Source: an uncultured Chloroflexia bacterium (GTDB lineage Bacteria; Chloroflexota; Limnocylindria; Limnocylindrales; CSP1-4). From it: 64,000 nucleotides of DNA. The stretch spans positions 96,001 to 160,000 of the forward strand of contig CAVQJC010000001.1 of assembly GCA_963712745.1 (NCBI GenBank), written 5' to 3'. Of this stretch, positions 49,463 to 59,433 are shown one piece after another. A model generated the notes under the pieces. The model searched no databases. It saw only the letters and a list, made by a program, of their open reading frames with translations, and was not told the DNA's origin. The position numbers and the translations under genes were made by a program. Within the stretch, counting starts at the first letter, position 1. Each line of letters opens with the position of its first letter.

Positions 49463-51814
49463 TCAGGCCGCCTGGTGCTCGGTACGCTCGATGATCTCGT
49501 CCTGGAGCGCGCGAGAGATGTCGCAGAAGTAGTCGCTGTAGCCGGCCACGCGGACGATGAGGTCGCGGTGTGAGTCCGGATCGGCCTGCGCCTCGCGAAG
49601 CGTCTCTGCGCTGACCACGTTGAACTGGATGTGGTGACCACCGAGACCGAAGTAGGTGCGAACCAGGTGGCGGATGGTGACGATGCCGGCGTCGCCGTCG
49701 GCTAGTCCTGGGCTGAGCTTCATGTTCAGGAGCGTGCCGCAGGTCCGGCCGTGGTCCATCTTGGCAGCCGATCGGAGCACCGCGGTCGGACCCAGTCGGT
49801 CCATGCCGTGGGACGGCGAGATGCCCTCCGAGAGAGGCGCGCCGGCGGCACGGCCATCGGGCGTGGCACCGGTGACCTGGCCGAAGTAGACGTGGCACGT
49901 GGTCGGCAGCATGTCCACGCCGTAGCGGCCTCCACGCCCGTTGGGACGTCCGTCGACCGCATCCACGAAGGCCTCGAAGGCCCGGCGCATCAGGTCATCG
50001 GCAGCATCGTCATCGTTGCCCCACTTGGGCGAACGGTTGCGCAGGGTCAGGCGTAGCCGCTCCTGGCCCGCGAAGTCGTCGCGGAGCGCGACCAGCAGAT
50101 CCGGCATCGACACGTCAGCGTCGTCGTAGACGTGGGACTTGAGCGCCGCCAGGCTGTCGGTGAGCGTCCCGATGCCCACGCCCTGCACGAACGAGGTGTT
50201 GTACCGCGCCCCGCCGGCGTTGTAATCGAGGGCCTTCTCGATGCAGTCGTCGGTGATGAGCGAGAGGAACGGCGCCGGCATCTCCGCCGCGTAGATGGCC
50301 TCGATGTGGTCGTTGCCGCGCAGCTTGATGTCAAGCGTGTGCCGGAGCTGTGCTCGCCAGGCGTCGAAGACGTCGTCGAACGACTCGAGGCTCGCACCGT
50401 TCGAGGGTCCGAGTCGCGTGCCCGTGGCCGGGTCGATCCCGTCGTTGAGGGCGACCTCCAGCATCTTGGGCAGGTTGATGTAGCCGGTCAGGATGTAGGC
50501 CTCCTTGCCGAAGGCACCGGCCTCGACGCAACCGCTGGTACCACCCTCGCGCGCGTCCTCGACGCTCTTGCCCATGCGCGTCAGCTCGGCTACGACCGCG
50601 TCGGCATTGAATACGGAGGGGTAGCCGTAGCCCTGCCGGATGACCCGCGCCGTGGCCTCGATGAAGGCGTCGGGCGTCACGCTCGAGACCTGGATGTTGG
50701 GGCTCGGCTGGACGAGATGGAGATCGTCGACGACCTCGAGGAGCAGGTAGGACACGTCGCCCACGCCATCGCTCCCGTCCGGCAGCACGCCGGCCATGTC
50801 GATGGCCGCGAAATCGGTGTAGGTGCCGCTCTCCGCGGCCGTCACCCCCACCTTGGGCGGCGCGGGATGGTCGTTGAACTTGATGAAGAAGCACTCCAGG
50901 AGCTCGCGGGCGCGCTCGCGTGTCAGGCTCCCGTCGGCGAGGCCCTGCTGGTAGAACGGCTCCAGGTGCTGGTCGAGGTGGCCCGGCGAGAAGGCATCCC
51001 AGCCGTTGAGCTCGGTGATGACCCCGAGATGACAGAACCAGTACATCTGGAGCGCCTCGTGGAAATCGCGAGGCGCGTTGCGGGGCACCCGGTCACAGAC
51101 GTCGGCGATGCGCTCGAGCTCGGCCCGGCGCACGGGATCGGCCGTGACCGCGAGGCGCCTGGCTTCTGCGGCGTGACGCTCGGCGAGGATGGTGATGGCC
51201 TCGGCGGCGATGTCCATGGCCGCCAGCTCATCGAGCCGCTCGGGAGCGGCGGGATCGTCGCTGGCCTCCCAGCGAGCACGTGAGCGGGCCACATCGGCAC
51301 CGAGATCGAGCATGCCCTTGCGGTAGAGCTTGCCGTCACCCACGGTGTGACCCGGAGCGCGCTGCTCCATGAACTCGGTGAAGAGGCCGGCGGCGTAGGC
51401 CTCGTGCCAGGCAGGCTCCAGGCCTTCGAAGATACGATCGCGCAGGCTGCGGCCCTGCCAGAAGGGGATGACCTCGGTGCGGTATGACTCGAAGACCTCG
51501 TGGTCGACCGCATAGGCGGTCAGCTCACGGCTGTCGAGGATGCGCAGGTCCTGGAGGCTGTGGCAGGTCAGTTCCGGGAAGGTCGAGACCGCGCGAGGGC
51601 GTGGGCCGCGGTCGCCCACGATGAGTTCGTCCGCACCGATGGAGATGGTCTTGCGCTCGCAGATGTAACGGAAGGCCATGGCTCGACGCAGCGGCGGCGA
51701 GAGCCCTTCGACGCCGGCCGCGTAGAAACGCGTCACCAGCTGGGCACGTTCGGCCGAGATCGATGGCGGCGTGGTCAGGCTCCGCTCGCGCAATCGCGTC
51801 GTCCGATCGTTCAT
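49463..51814 (-). CDS. hypD: Glycyl radical enzyme, trans-4-hydroxy-L-proline dehydratase
   Basis: FTEFMEQRAPGHTV, ELNGWDAFSPG, PAPPKVG, TYTDFA, TSGCVE, LTGY, MLPTTCHVYFG and RVAGYS are the active-site segments of C. difficile HypD as recalled. Confidence 0.88.
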   Translation of the reverse strand: MNDRTTRLRERSLTTPPSISAERAQLVTRFYAAGVEGLSPPLRRAMAFRYICERKTISIGADELIVGDRGPRPRAVSTFPELTCHSLQDLRILDSRELTAYAVDHEVFESYRTEVIPFWQGRSLRDRIFEGLEPAWHEAYAAGLFTEFMEQRAPGHTVGDGKLYRKGMLDLGADVARSRARWEASDDPAAPERLDELAAMDIAAEAITILAERHAAEARRLAVTADPVRRAELERIADVCDRVPRNAPRDFHEALQMYWFCHLGVITELNGWDAFSPGHLDQHLEPFYQQGLADGSLTRERARELLECFFIKFNDHPAPPKVGVTAAESGTYTDFAAIDMAGVLPDGSDGVGDVSYLLLEVVDDLHLVQPSPNIQVSSVTPDAFIEATARVIRQGYGYPSVFNADAVVAELTRMGKSVEDAREGGTSGCVEAGAFGKEAYILTGYINLPKMLEVALNDGIDPATGTRLGPSNGASLESFDDVFDAWRAQLRHTLDIKLRGNDHIEAIYAAEMPAPFLSLITDDCIEKALDYNAGGARYNTSFVQGVGIGTLTDSLAALKSHVYDDADVSMPDLLVALRDDFAGQERLRLTLRNRSPKWGNDDDAADDLMRRAFEAFVDAVDGRPNGRGGRYGVDMLPTTCHVYFGQVTGATPDGRAAGAPLSEGISPSHGMDRLGPTAVLRSAAKMDHGRTCGTLLNMKLSPGLADGDAGIVTIRHLVRTYFGLGGHHIQFNVVSAETLREAQADPDSHRDLIVRVAGYSDYFCDISRALQDEIIERTEHQAA

Positions 51815-51817
51815 CCC

Positions 51818-52822
51818 TCAGCCTCCAACGTGGATCTCAAGCCGATAGCCCCGGAGCAGTTCAGCCGCGGCGGCGATTTCCGCGGGGCCCGGTGGCTGTA
51901 CCTCTGCCATCCTGTCAGCTCCTCCAAGTCGAGCCAGCTTGGATGCCCCGAGTTGGTGGTATGGCAGCAGGTGCAGGCGCCGCGAGCGCAGCCCCGATGT
52001 CAGCGACCCGATGGCATGCAACGTCGCGGGATCGTCCGTCCAGCCCGGCACGAGCGGCAGCCGCAGCCAGATCTCGGCACCGCCGGCATCGAGCCTGCGC
52101 AGATTCTCGAGGATGGGCTCGAGCGGCACGCCCGTCGACTCTCGATGGCGCTGCTCGTCGGCGCCCTTGAGGTCGAAGAGCCAGAGGTCGGTCAGCGGGA
52201 CCACGCGATCGAGCGTGGCCGGTGTGGCGAAGCCGCTGGTATCGACGCAGGTGTGGATGCCGCGGCGCCTGGCCTCCTCGAGACAGGCGGTGAGGAAGGC
52301 CGGCTGTGCCAGCGGCTCGCCACCCGAGAAGGTCACGCCGCCGCCCGACTGCTCGAAGAACGGGCGGTCACGCTCCACCACGGCGAAGACCTCATCCACC
52401 GTCGTTCGCTGGCCCACTAGCTCGCGCGCGCCTGAGACGCACGCGTCCGCGCAAGCTCCGCACCGCAGGCACAGGAGCGGGTCGGGCCGCGTCGGGCCCT
52501 CAGCGAGGCCCACGGGGCAGACCGCGTGGCAGGCGCCGCAGTCGATGCAGCGCTCCCCGATGATGCGGATCTCCGCCTCACGCGCCCGGCTCTCGGGGTT
52601 GTGGCACCAGGGGCAATCGAGCGGGCAGCCCTTCAGGAACACCGTGGTGCGGATGCCCGGCCCGTCATGGATCGAGAAGCGCTGGATATCGAAGCTGACA
52701 CCGGTGGGAAGACTCGCCGCACGCCGGGACGCTTCGAGGTCAGGCTCCCGCGTCGCGCCCGACACGGCGACCGCCGCCACTCCCGCTGTCGCAGCCCTGG
52801 GCAGCTCGTTCCGACCCGTCAT
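51818..52822 (-). CDS. Glycyl-radical-enzyme activating enzyme (radical SAM with ferredoxin insert)
   Basis: HDGPGIRTTVFLKGCPLDCPWCHNPE, two CxxCxxCxxxC, GGVTFSGGEP; ATG overlaps the GH127 stop. Confidence 0.93.
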   Translation of the reverse strand: MTGRNELPRAATAGVAAVAVSGATREPDLEASRRAASLPTGVSFDIQRFSIHDGPGIRTTVFLKGCPLDCPWCHNPESRAREAEIRIIGERCIDCGACHAVCPVGLAEGPTRPDPLLCLRCGACADACVSGARELVGQRTTVDEVFAVVERDRPFFEQSGGGVTFSGGEPLAQPAFLTACLEEARRRGIHTCVDTSGFATPATLDRVVPLTDLWLFDLKGADEQRHRESTGVPLEPILENLRRLDAGGAEIWLRLPLVPGWTDDPATLHAIGSLTSGLRSRRLHLLPYHQLGASKLARLGGADRMAEVQPPGPAEIAAAAELLRGYRLEIHVGG

Positions 52823-54765
52823 GGCGCTTGCCGGCCGGGGACTCGCGGTTGCCATACGCGCATCGTGCCACGCTGCCTGTTCGCCCACAGGAAGTAGGGC
52901 ACGGCCACGAGCTCGACCTCCCGCTCTGCCGGCGCTGTGCCGGTACCCGCGGGCTGGTACAGCCTTCCGCCTCGCGCTCGGCGCCGGACACGGCCGGACG
53001 CCCGAAGGGTATACGTGCCACCGAGCAGGCGTGGTCGCCATGCGGCCGTCACCGGAGCATCGACATCCACGGCTGCCGCAGCCAGATCGACACCGGGATC
53101 CTGGTCACAGGCCTCGAAGCAGTACACCAGTGGGCCGCGCTCCAGGGCGACCTGGCCACGGGTGGCGTCGACGTGCGGGTGCGCCTCCATGAACCGGGCC
53201 GCCATGGGCAGTGAGAGCGTGACGCAGTCTCCGGGCCCCCAGCGACGCCGCAGACGCACATAGCTGCCGGGCCGGACCGTTCGCGCCACATCGTCGCGGA
53301 AGGCCACGGTGGCGTCGCCAGCCCAGGCGGGGATGCGCAGGGACAGTGTCCAGACTTGCGGCGGAGTCTCGAGCAGCGTGAGCGTGACGCCGCCCTCCCA
53401 GGGCAGCCCGCTTCTCAACTCGAGCCGGACAAGGCCCCCGGGCAGGTTCGTTTCGAGCACGCTATCGAGGTACTGGTGGACCTGGATGCCGGCGTCATCG
53501 GCCGTCGCGGCGTAGTGGCCGACGCTGGCCACGAGGCGCATCAGGTTGGGAGGACAGCAGGCCACGTAGTACCACTCGGCGCGACGGTGCGAACCGTTGC
53601 TCAGCAGCGGATTGCCGTAGAAGAAGGTGCGCCCGTCGCTGGAGACCGCGGGGAGCACGCCGTTGTAGAGCGTGCGCTCCATGAGCTCCGCATAGCGAGC
53701 CTTGCCCGTCGCGAGCAGCAACCGCCAATTCCATTGGATGCTGGCCACCGCTGCGCACGTCTCGCAGTATCCGCTGCCTGGGGGCAGCTCGTAGGGATCG
53801 CCCAGACCCTCCGTCTCGGGGCGCTGGCCGATGCCGCCGGTGATGTACAACTTGCCCCCGACCAGGTCGCGCCACTGTCGCTCCGAGGCCGCGAGCAGCG
53901 CCTGGTCCCCTTCTTCGAGATAGTCGTCGACGGCGCCGATCGCCAGGTACAGGGCCCGTACGGCATGACCCTCCAGGAGCGACGCCTCACGCACGGGCAC
54001 GTGGTCCTGGAAGTAGGCCGGGCCTCCGGAATACCAGCGCCCGGCGTTGCCCCCGAGCCGGCCGTGACCACGCGCGTCAAGGAAGAAGCGAGCCAGTTCC
54101 ATGTAGCGTCGCTCGGCCGTCTCGCGGTAGAGCTCGATGAGGGCCGACTCGACGAGCGGATGCCCATCGGGTTCGGGTCGTCGCCCAGGTCCGAAGACGC
54201 TGTCGATATGGTCGGCGAAGCGGATGGCGACCTCGAGCAGCCGACGATCGCCGAGGGCTCGACTCCAGGCCACCGCAGCCTGGATGAGATGTCCGGCGGC
54301 ATAGATCTCGTGGCTGTAGGCCACGTCGGTCCAGCGCAGCTCCGGGAAGCCCACCTGGTAGAACGAGTTGAGATACCCGTCGGGTGACTGGGCACGCACG
54401 ACCAGGTCTATCGTCTGCTCGGCAGCGGCAGACACACGCAAGGGCAGTCCCTGGGGCGTCGCCCAGGCGACCGCTTCAAGCCACTTGTAGACGTCGGTGT
54501 CGAGGTACGGCGGGAAGCGCACCAGGTCCAGCTCGCGATGCTCGCGGGCGGCTGCAGCCTTCAGCATCGAGAGGTTCCCGGCCCGATCGAGCATGGCGTA
54601 GCCACGCGCCAGGCTGGCCTCGCGGTTGAGCCGCTGCTGGTGGGCCCAGAAGCCACCCGCAGCCGGGACCGCCGCGCGCCACAGCGGGCGGAGCCGTGCG
54701 AAGGGGCCGGGGTCGACCGCGACCGGGCCGCCCGCGTGCTCCTCGCGCTCGATGTGCGTAGGCAT
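52819..54765 (-). CDS. GH127 beta-L-arabinofuranosidase (HypBA1-like)
   Basis: DTDVYKWLEA, HEIYAAGHL, GHAVRALY, KLYITGG, ETEG, YCETCA and ACCPPN (Zn/Cys catalytic set). Confidence 0.92.
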   Translation of the reverse strand: MPTHIEREEHAGGPVAVDPGPFARLRPLWRAAVPAAGGFWAHQQRLNREASLARGYAMLDRAGNLSMLKAAAAREHRELDLVRFPPYLDTDVYKWLEAVAWATPQGLPLRVSAAAEQTIDLVVRAQSPDGYLNSFYQVGFPELRWTDVAYSHEIYAAGHLIQAAVAWSRALGDRRLLEVAIRFADHIDSVFGPGRRPEPDGHPLVESALIELYRETAERRYMELARFFLDARGHGRLGGNAGRWYSGGPAYFQDHVPVREASLLEGHAVRALYLAIGAVDDYLEEGDQALLAASERQWRDLVGGKLYITGGIGQRPETEGLGDPYELPPGSGYCETCAAVASIQWNWRLLLATGKARYAELMERTLYNGVLPAVSSDGRTFFYGNPLLSNGSHRRAEWYYVACCPPNLMRLVASVGHYAATADDAGIQVHQYLDSVLETNLPGGLVRLELRSGLPWEGGVTLTLLETPPQVWTLSLRIPAWAGDATVAFRDDVARTVRPGSYVRLRRRWGPGDCVTLSLPMAARFMEAHPHVDATRGQVALERGPLVYCFEACDQDPGVDLAAAAVDVDAPVTAAWRPRLLGGTYTLRASGRVRRRARGGRLYQPAGTGTAPAEREVELVAVPYFLWANRQRGTMRVWQPRVPGRQAP

Positions 54766-54859
54766 GCATCACCTCACGGCGCGTCTCGCCAGGTGAAGAC
54801 CGGGGTAGACGAAAGGGCGCAGGCCTCGGCGGCCCACGCCCTTGCTCTTCAGTGCCGGT

Positions 54860-56117
54860 CTAGGACTCGGGACTGAACGAGATCGTCTCCTCGATCACGT
54901 TGGTACCGTCGGCCTGGGTGACCCAGATGTCGTACATGTTGGCGGTGATATCGCCATTCTCGTCGAAGTCGATGGGGCTGCTGGCACCCTCGAAATCGAT
55001 GTCCTCGCCCGCGAGGACGGCGTTGATGGCGTCGGGCAGCTGCTCGAAGGTGTACTTCTCGCCCGGCGCCGCAGAGATCGACCTGGATCTCCGGGCCGAA
55101 GACCGTGGGGTCGTCCGAACCGGCCTTGAGAGCCGCCAGGAAGGCCAGGAAGACGCTGTCGAAGGCCTGGCCTGTGAAGCCGTAGAAGGGCACGCCCTCA
55201 GGTGCAGTCGACTCGAAGAGTTCCTGGTACCCGGCGAACGACGAGCCGGCACTGCTGTTGCCGATCGTCCCGCGCATGCCCTCGACCGTGGACTCTACCT
55301 CCGTGCAGGCCTGGAGCGTGTCAGAGCCCAGGGTCCTGGTGGGATCCCAGGCACCTGTGCGCGTCAACGGACCCTTGAGCTTGGCCCAGTCACCACAGAA
55401 GGTAATGAACAGCCACGCGTCCGGGTCGCCCTGGACGGCCTGCTGCGCTTCGGTATCGAGCGTGGCGCCTTCGGGATTGAAGATGACTTCCTCACCGATG
55501 GTTCCTCCGGCACCCGTCCAGGCCTCCTTGAAGACGTCGTTGAGGCCTACGCCATAGGCGTCGTTACGGGTGAGGAGGTTGACAGTAGCGTCCTGGCCGA
55601 ACTGGTCGGCCATGACCGACGCCAGCACCCTGCCCTGGAGAGCATCCGAGGAGACCGGGCGCCAGAGCAGGCCGTTCTTCTCCATCTCGGTGATGGCGGG
55701 ACTCGTGCCACCGGTGAACTGCGCGATGCCACCGGGGCCGAAGACGGATTCGAAGATGGCGATCGAGACACTGCTGTAGAAGTCGCCGACGACGACGTCC
55801 ACGTCATCGACCTCGGCCAGCTTCTTGGCCGCCTCGGTGCCGGCGGTCTGGTTGCCCTGGCTGTCCTCGGAAGCCACGAGCGAGACGTTGATGGAGTCCA
55901 GACCCATGTCCTCGACGGTCGCCGCGACATAATCGACCGCGCTGGAAGTCGCGTGGTCCCAGGCCTGGCCGGCGGGACCGGCATCGCCGGTCAGGGCCAC
56001 GAGAACCCCATACCGAAGGTCCAGCTCCGGCGCCTCCTGGGCCGCGACTGGCGCCGCCGTGGCCGCGAGCAGCAGAGCGGTGATACCTGCCGCTGACAGT
56101 CTCATTCGTTCCGACAT
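54860..56117 (-). CDS. Branched-chain-amino-acid-type (LivJ-like) ABC substrate-binding protein, frameshift near 55080
   Basis: Signal peptide; LVALTGD, NDAYGVG; true tail DIDFEGASSPIDFDENGD lies in ORF 54860. Confidence 0.85.
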
Positions 56118-56217
56118 ATGCGGTCCTCCCTATCTCCGTATCCCAAGCCCTCAGGGGTGCCTGAGCACAAGCTGGCAGCCAGACTGTGGTACTGCTCGCG
56201 GCCGAGGATAGCACCCC

Positions 56218-56245
56218 GGCACTCGATTGCTAACACTCGTGTGCC
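56218..56245. promoter_or_regulatory. Tandem LacI-type operators upstream of the SBP-GH127-hypD operon
   Basis: GGCACTCGATTGCT plus AACACTCGTGTGCC; overlaps minus-strand TTAGCA-N17-TATCCT. Confidence 0.6.
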
Positions 56246-56289
56246 GTCCGTTGCAGGCGCAGATTCCGAGGTGGACGCCTGGCGGCCGG

Positions 56290-57393
56290 TCAGGACCTGG
56301 TGCGCGAGCCTGGCGCCGGACCAGTCGAGCCACGGACGACCAGGGAAGGTTCGATTACCGGGTGCTGCTGATCAGCGGGAACCTCTGCCCCCTGCAGCTT
56401 CTGGAACAGGATGCCCACCGCAGTCCTGATCATCTCGTCGACCGGCTGCTTCACCGTGGTCAAGGCCGGCACGCTGATCGTCGCCAGCAAGGTGTCATCG
56501 AAGCCGACGACCGAGATGTCCTCCGGGACGCGCAGACCCCGCCGTTGGGCAGCCTGCAACACGCTGATGGCGACGGCATCGGTCGAACACACGATCGCTG
56601 TCGGCGGGTCGTCCAAGCCCAACAGCCGACCGAGCGCATCACCGGCACCGGTGGCGTCTTGCGACGTGTCCTGGATGTAATCGGGGCGCAGGCCAGTCCC
56701 GGGTCCAGCGACATAGGCTCGGTAGGCATCCTCGCGCTGTCCGGCCTCGCCGATGCGACCATCGACCACGAGCGCGATGCGTTGGTGCCGAAGCGCCGTC
56801 AGGTGATCGAGGGCCGCTGTGATACCTACGCGGTTATCGACGTTGACGGTCGGAATCGTCTCGGACCGAGTCCAATGCCAGACGGCGACGACCGGGACGT
56901 TCGTGTCCCTCAGCTCAGCAGCGAAGTCGGGCCGCTCCAGCAGGTCCCCCAGGAAGATGATGGCGTCGCAGTGGCGTGACTCGAGGATGCGCCACAGCTC
57001 GACACCCTCGTCAGCTCGCCCGTGGACGTGACCCAGCACCACGTTGTAGTCATGGTTGCCGGCCTCGACCGACGCCGCCTGGATGGCGGCCGCGTCCAGT
57101 GGGTCGATGATCTCGCGCACGATGAGGCCCAGCAACATGGTCGGCGCGCCGCGAAGTCCGCGCGCCAGCGGATTGGGTCGATAGCCCATCTGGCGCGCAG
57201 CCTTGAAGATGCGCTCGCGTGTCCGCTCGGCGACCGGAAACCCGGTAGGTACGCCCGAGAGCACGCGGGACACCGTCGACCGCGAGACGTCCGCCTCACG
57301 GGCGATGTCCCGCATCGTAGGAGCTGTTCGGCGAGGACGCTCATACGAACGCTGTGCGGGTGTGAGCGACCGTCCATCGCTAGGGTCTGACAT
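56290..57393 (-). CDS. LacI-family transcriptional regulator
   Basis: TMRDIAREADVSRSTVSRVL, YRPNPLARGL, VPEDISVVGFDD, LTTVKQP, LVVRGST. Confidence 0.95.
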   Translation of the reverse strand: MSDPSDGRSLTPAQRSYERPRRTAPTMRDIAREADVSRSTVSRVLSGVPTGFPVAERTRERIFKAARQMGYRPNPLARGLRGAPTMLLGLIVREIIDPLDAAAIQAASVEAGNHDYNVVLGHVHGRADEGVELWRILESRHCDAIIFLGDLLERPDFAAELRDTNVPVVAVWHWTRSETIPTVNVDNRVGITAALDHLTALRHQRIALVVDGRIGEAGQREDAYRAYVAGPGTGLRPDYIQDTSQDATGAGDALGRLLGLDDPPTAIVCSTDAVAISVLQAAQRRGLRVPEDISVVGFDDTLLATISVPALTTVKQPVDEMIRTAVGILFQKLQGAEVPADQQHPVIEPSLVVRGSTGPAPGSRTRS

Positions 57394-57443
57394 CAGTCAC
57401 TGCGCACAATAGTAAGGCGTCGATCGCCTGTGTGGCACCCACC

Positions 57444-57480
57444 TTGACCGACGGCAATCGCGTGCCTACACTCGATTGCC
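57444..57480 (+). promoter_or_regulatory. Promoter TTGACC-N17-TACACT with tandem LacI-type operators
   Basis: GGCAATCGCGTGCC (57453-57466) plus TACACTCGATTGCC (57467-57480); CACTCGATTGC is also at 56220. Confidence 0.65.
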
Positions 57481-57568
57481 GTTGAGACCCGTGCGGTAGG
57501 GAGCTGGGACATGGGCGAAGTGAGGGCGCGGCGCTGCGTTCACCGTCGCCCCGTGCGCTAACCGCGCC

Positions 57569-58453
57569 ATGGATAATCTCGCCCAGCTCATCGTCAACGG
57601 CCTGGTGACCGGCGGGATCATCGCCATGGGCGCGGTCGGCGCATCACTCATCTTTGGTGTCCTGCGGGTCGGCAACTTCGCTCACGGTGACTACCTGACG
57701 CTGGGCGCCTACGCCGCGCTGTTCGCGAACGTGGCCATGGCCCAGAACCTCCTGGTCGCCGCGGTGGTGGCCGTCGTGGGCACAGCTCTCTTCGCGATCG
57801 CGATGGAGTTCATCCTCTTCCGACCGATGCGCGGGAAAGGGTCCGCAAGCCTGTTCATCATCACCATCGGGCTGGCCATGGCCATGCGCCACGTGATCTA
57901 CCTGCAATACGGCGCCGCGACCCAGCAGTACGACATCGATCAGTTCGCAGTCGTCGTGGTCGGATCGGTGCGTTTCTCGCCGGGTGCGATGGTCGCCACG
58001 GTGGCAGCCCTCATCGCCATCCCGGCCGTGGGGCTGTTCCTCTCGCGATCGCGCATCGGCAAGTCGATGCGGGCCCTCGCCAATGAGCCCGAGCTGGCCG
58101 CCGTCTCAGGCATCGACACTGATCGCATCGCCGTCTACACGTGGGCGCTGGCGGGCGGGTTGGCCGGACTCGCGGGCATCCTGCTGGGACTCCTGCAGGG
58201 CACCTTCAACCCCGAGCTGGGCTGGGCCTTCCTGTTCCTCATCTTCACGGCCGTCATCCTCGGCGGCATCGGCAGCGCCTACGGTGCCCTGATCGGCGGA
58301 CTGGCCCTGGGCCTGCTCATGGAGGTTTCGACCTGGTCCGGCCTGATGGGCGGGCTTGACCCACGCTTCAAGCCGGTCGTCGCGTTCGCGGCGCTCATCC
58401 TCCTGCTGCTGTACCGGCCGCAGGGCCTCTTCGGCAAGGCGCGACTGCTGTGA
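57569..58453 (+). CDS. HAAT ABC permease (LivH-like)
   Basis: NFAHGD, GKSMRAL, VILGGIGS.YGA, RPQGLFG. Confidence 0.92.
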   Translation: MDNLAQLIVNGLVTGGIIAMGAVGASLIFGVLRVGNFAHGDYLTLGAYAALFANVAMAQNLLVAAVVAVVGTALFAIAMEFILFRPMRGKGSASLFIITIGLAMAMRHVIYLQYGAATQQYDIDQFAVVVVGSVRFSPGAMVATVAALIAIPAVGLFLSRSRIGKSMRALANEPELAAVSGIDTDRIAVYTWALAGGLAGLAGILLGLLQGTFNPELGWAFLFLIFTAVILGGIGSAYGALIGGLALGLLMEVSTWSGLMGGLDPRFKPVVAFAALILLLLYRPQGLFGKARLL

Positions 58454-59433
58454 GCGGCATCCTCGCTCCGGACTTCTGGATCTACGTCGGCGTCATCGCC
58501 GGCATCTACACCATCTTCGCGCTGGGCCTCCAGGTGCAGTACGGCGTGGCCGGCCTGGTCAACCTGGGCCAGGTGGCGTTCATGGCCATCGGCGCCTACA
58601 CCATGGCCATCCTCGTGGCCCGCTACGAGTGGTCGATGATCCCGGCGTCCATCGCCGCCATCGGCGCGGCCATGGCCTTCGCGGTCGTGCTGGGCGTGCC
58701 CACGCTGCGCCTGCGCGCGGACTACTTGGCCATGGTCACCATCGCGGCGAGCGAGATCGTGCGCTACATGGCCTTGAACCTCAATGACATCACCGGGGGT
58801 CCGGCCGGCACGATCGCCCTCCTCGGCCCGGCCAAGCTGGCCAGCTACAACGGCGAGTGGCAAGAGTTCCAGGGCTGGGTGCAGTCGACGCTGAGCAGCA
58901 TCACCGGGGGTGGGGTAAGCCCCGACTCGGCCATGCTCATCATCGTTTGGATCGTCGCCCTGATCCTCCTGACCGCCACCTGGCTCATGGTCCGCTCTCC
59001 CTGGGGCCGCATCCTGCGTGCCATCCGCGAGGACGAGGATGCTGCCCAGGCCATGGGCAAGGACACCTTCAGCCGCAAGCTCCAGGCGCTCGTGCTGGGC
59101 GCTGCCTTCGGCGGGCTCGCGGGCCTCTTCATCGCCTGGCAGGTCTCGGTCTTCACGCCCAACGACTTCAGGCCCATCTTCACCTTCTACGCCTACATCA
59201 TCATCATCCTCGGCGGGCCCACTCGCGTCTGGGCGGTCCCGGTCGGCGCCATCCTCTTCGGCATCCTCTTCGCAGGCACGCGTTTCCTCGACTTCTACCC
59301 ACTGAACGAGCTGGCTTCTGGCGACCGCGCCTACTTGCGCCTGCTCCTCGTCGGCCTGCTGCTCGTGGTGCTGATGGCGCTCCGTCCTCAGGGCCTCTTC
59401 GGCAAGAAGGAGGAGCTGATCCTTGAGAAGTGA
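58450..59433 (+). CDS. HAAT ABC permease (LivM-like)
   Basis: NLGQVAFMAIGAY, LRLRADYLAMVT, LRAIREDE. Confidence 0.92.
   Translation: MSGILAPDFWIYVGVIAGIYTIFALGLQVQYGVAGLVNLGQVAFMAIGAYTMAILVARYEWSMIPASIAAIGAAMAFAVVLGVPTLRLRADYLAMVTIAASEIVRYMALNLNDITGGPAGTIALLGPAKLASYNGEWQEFQGWVQSTLSSITGGGVSPDSAMLIIVWIVALILLTATWLMVRSPWGRILRAIREDEDAAQAMGKDTFSRKLQALVLGAAFGGLAGLFIAWQVSVFTPNDFRPIFTFYAYIIIILGGPTRVWAVPVGAILFGILFAGTRFLDFYPLNELASGDRAYLRLLLVGLLLVVLMALRPQGLFGKKEELILEK

Noticed and set aside
49463-52822. Pyruvate formate-lyase, choline TMA-lyase or a microcompartment locus
   Set aside because: Single Cys in GCVE with HypD-specific segments; no shell-protein genes.
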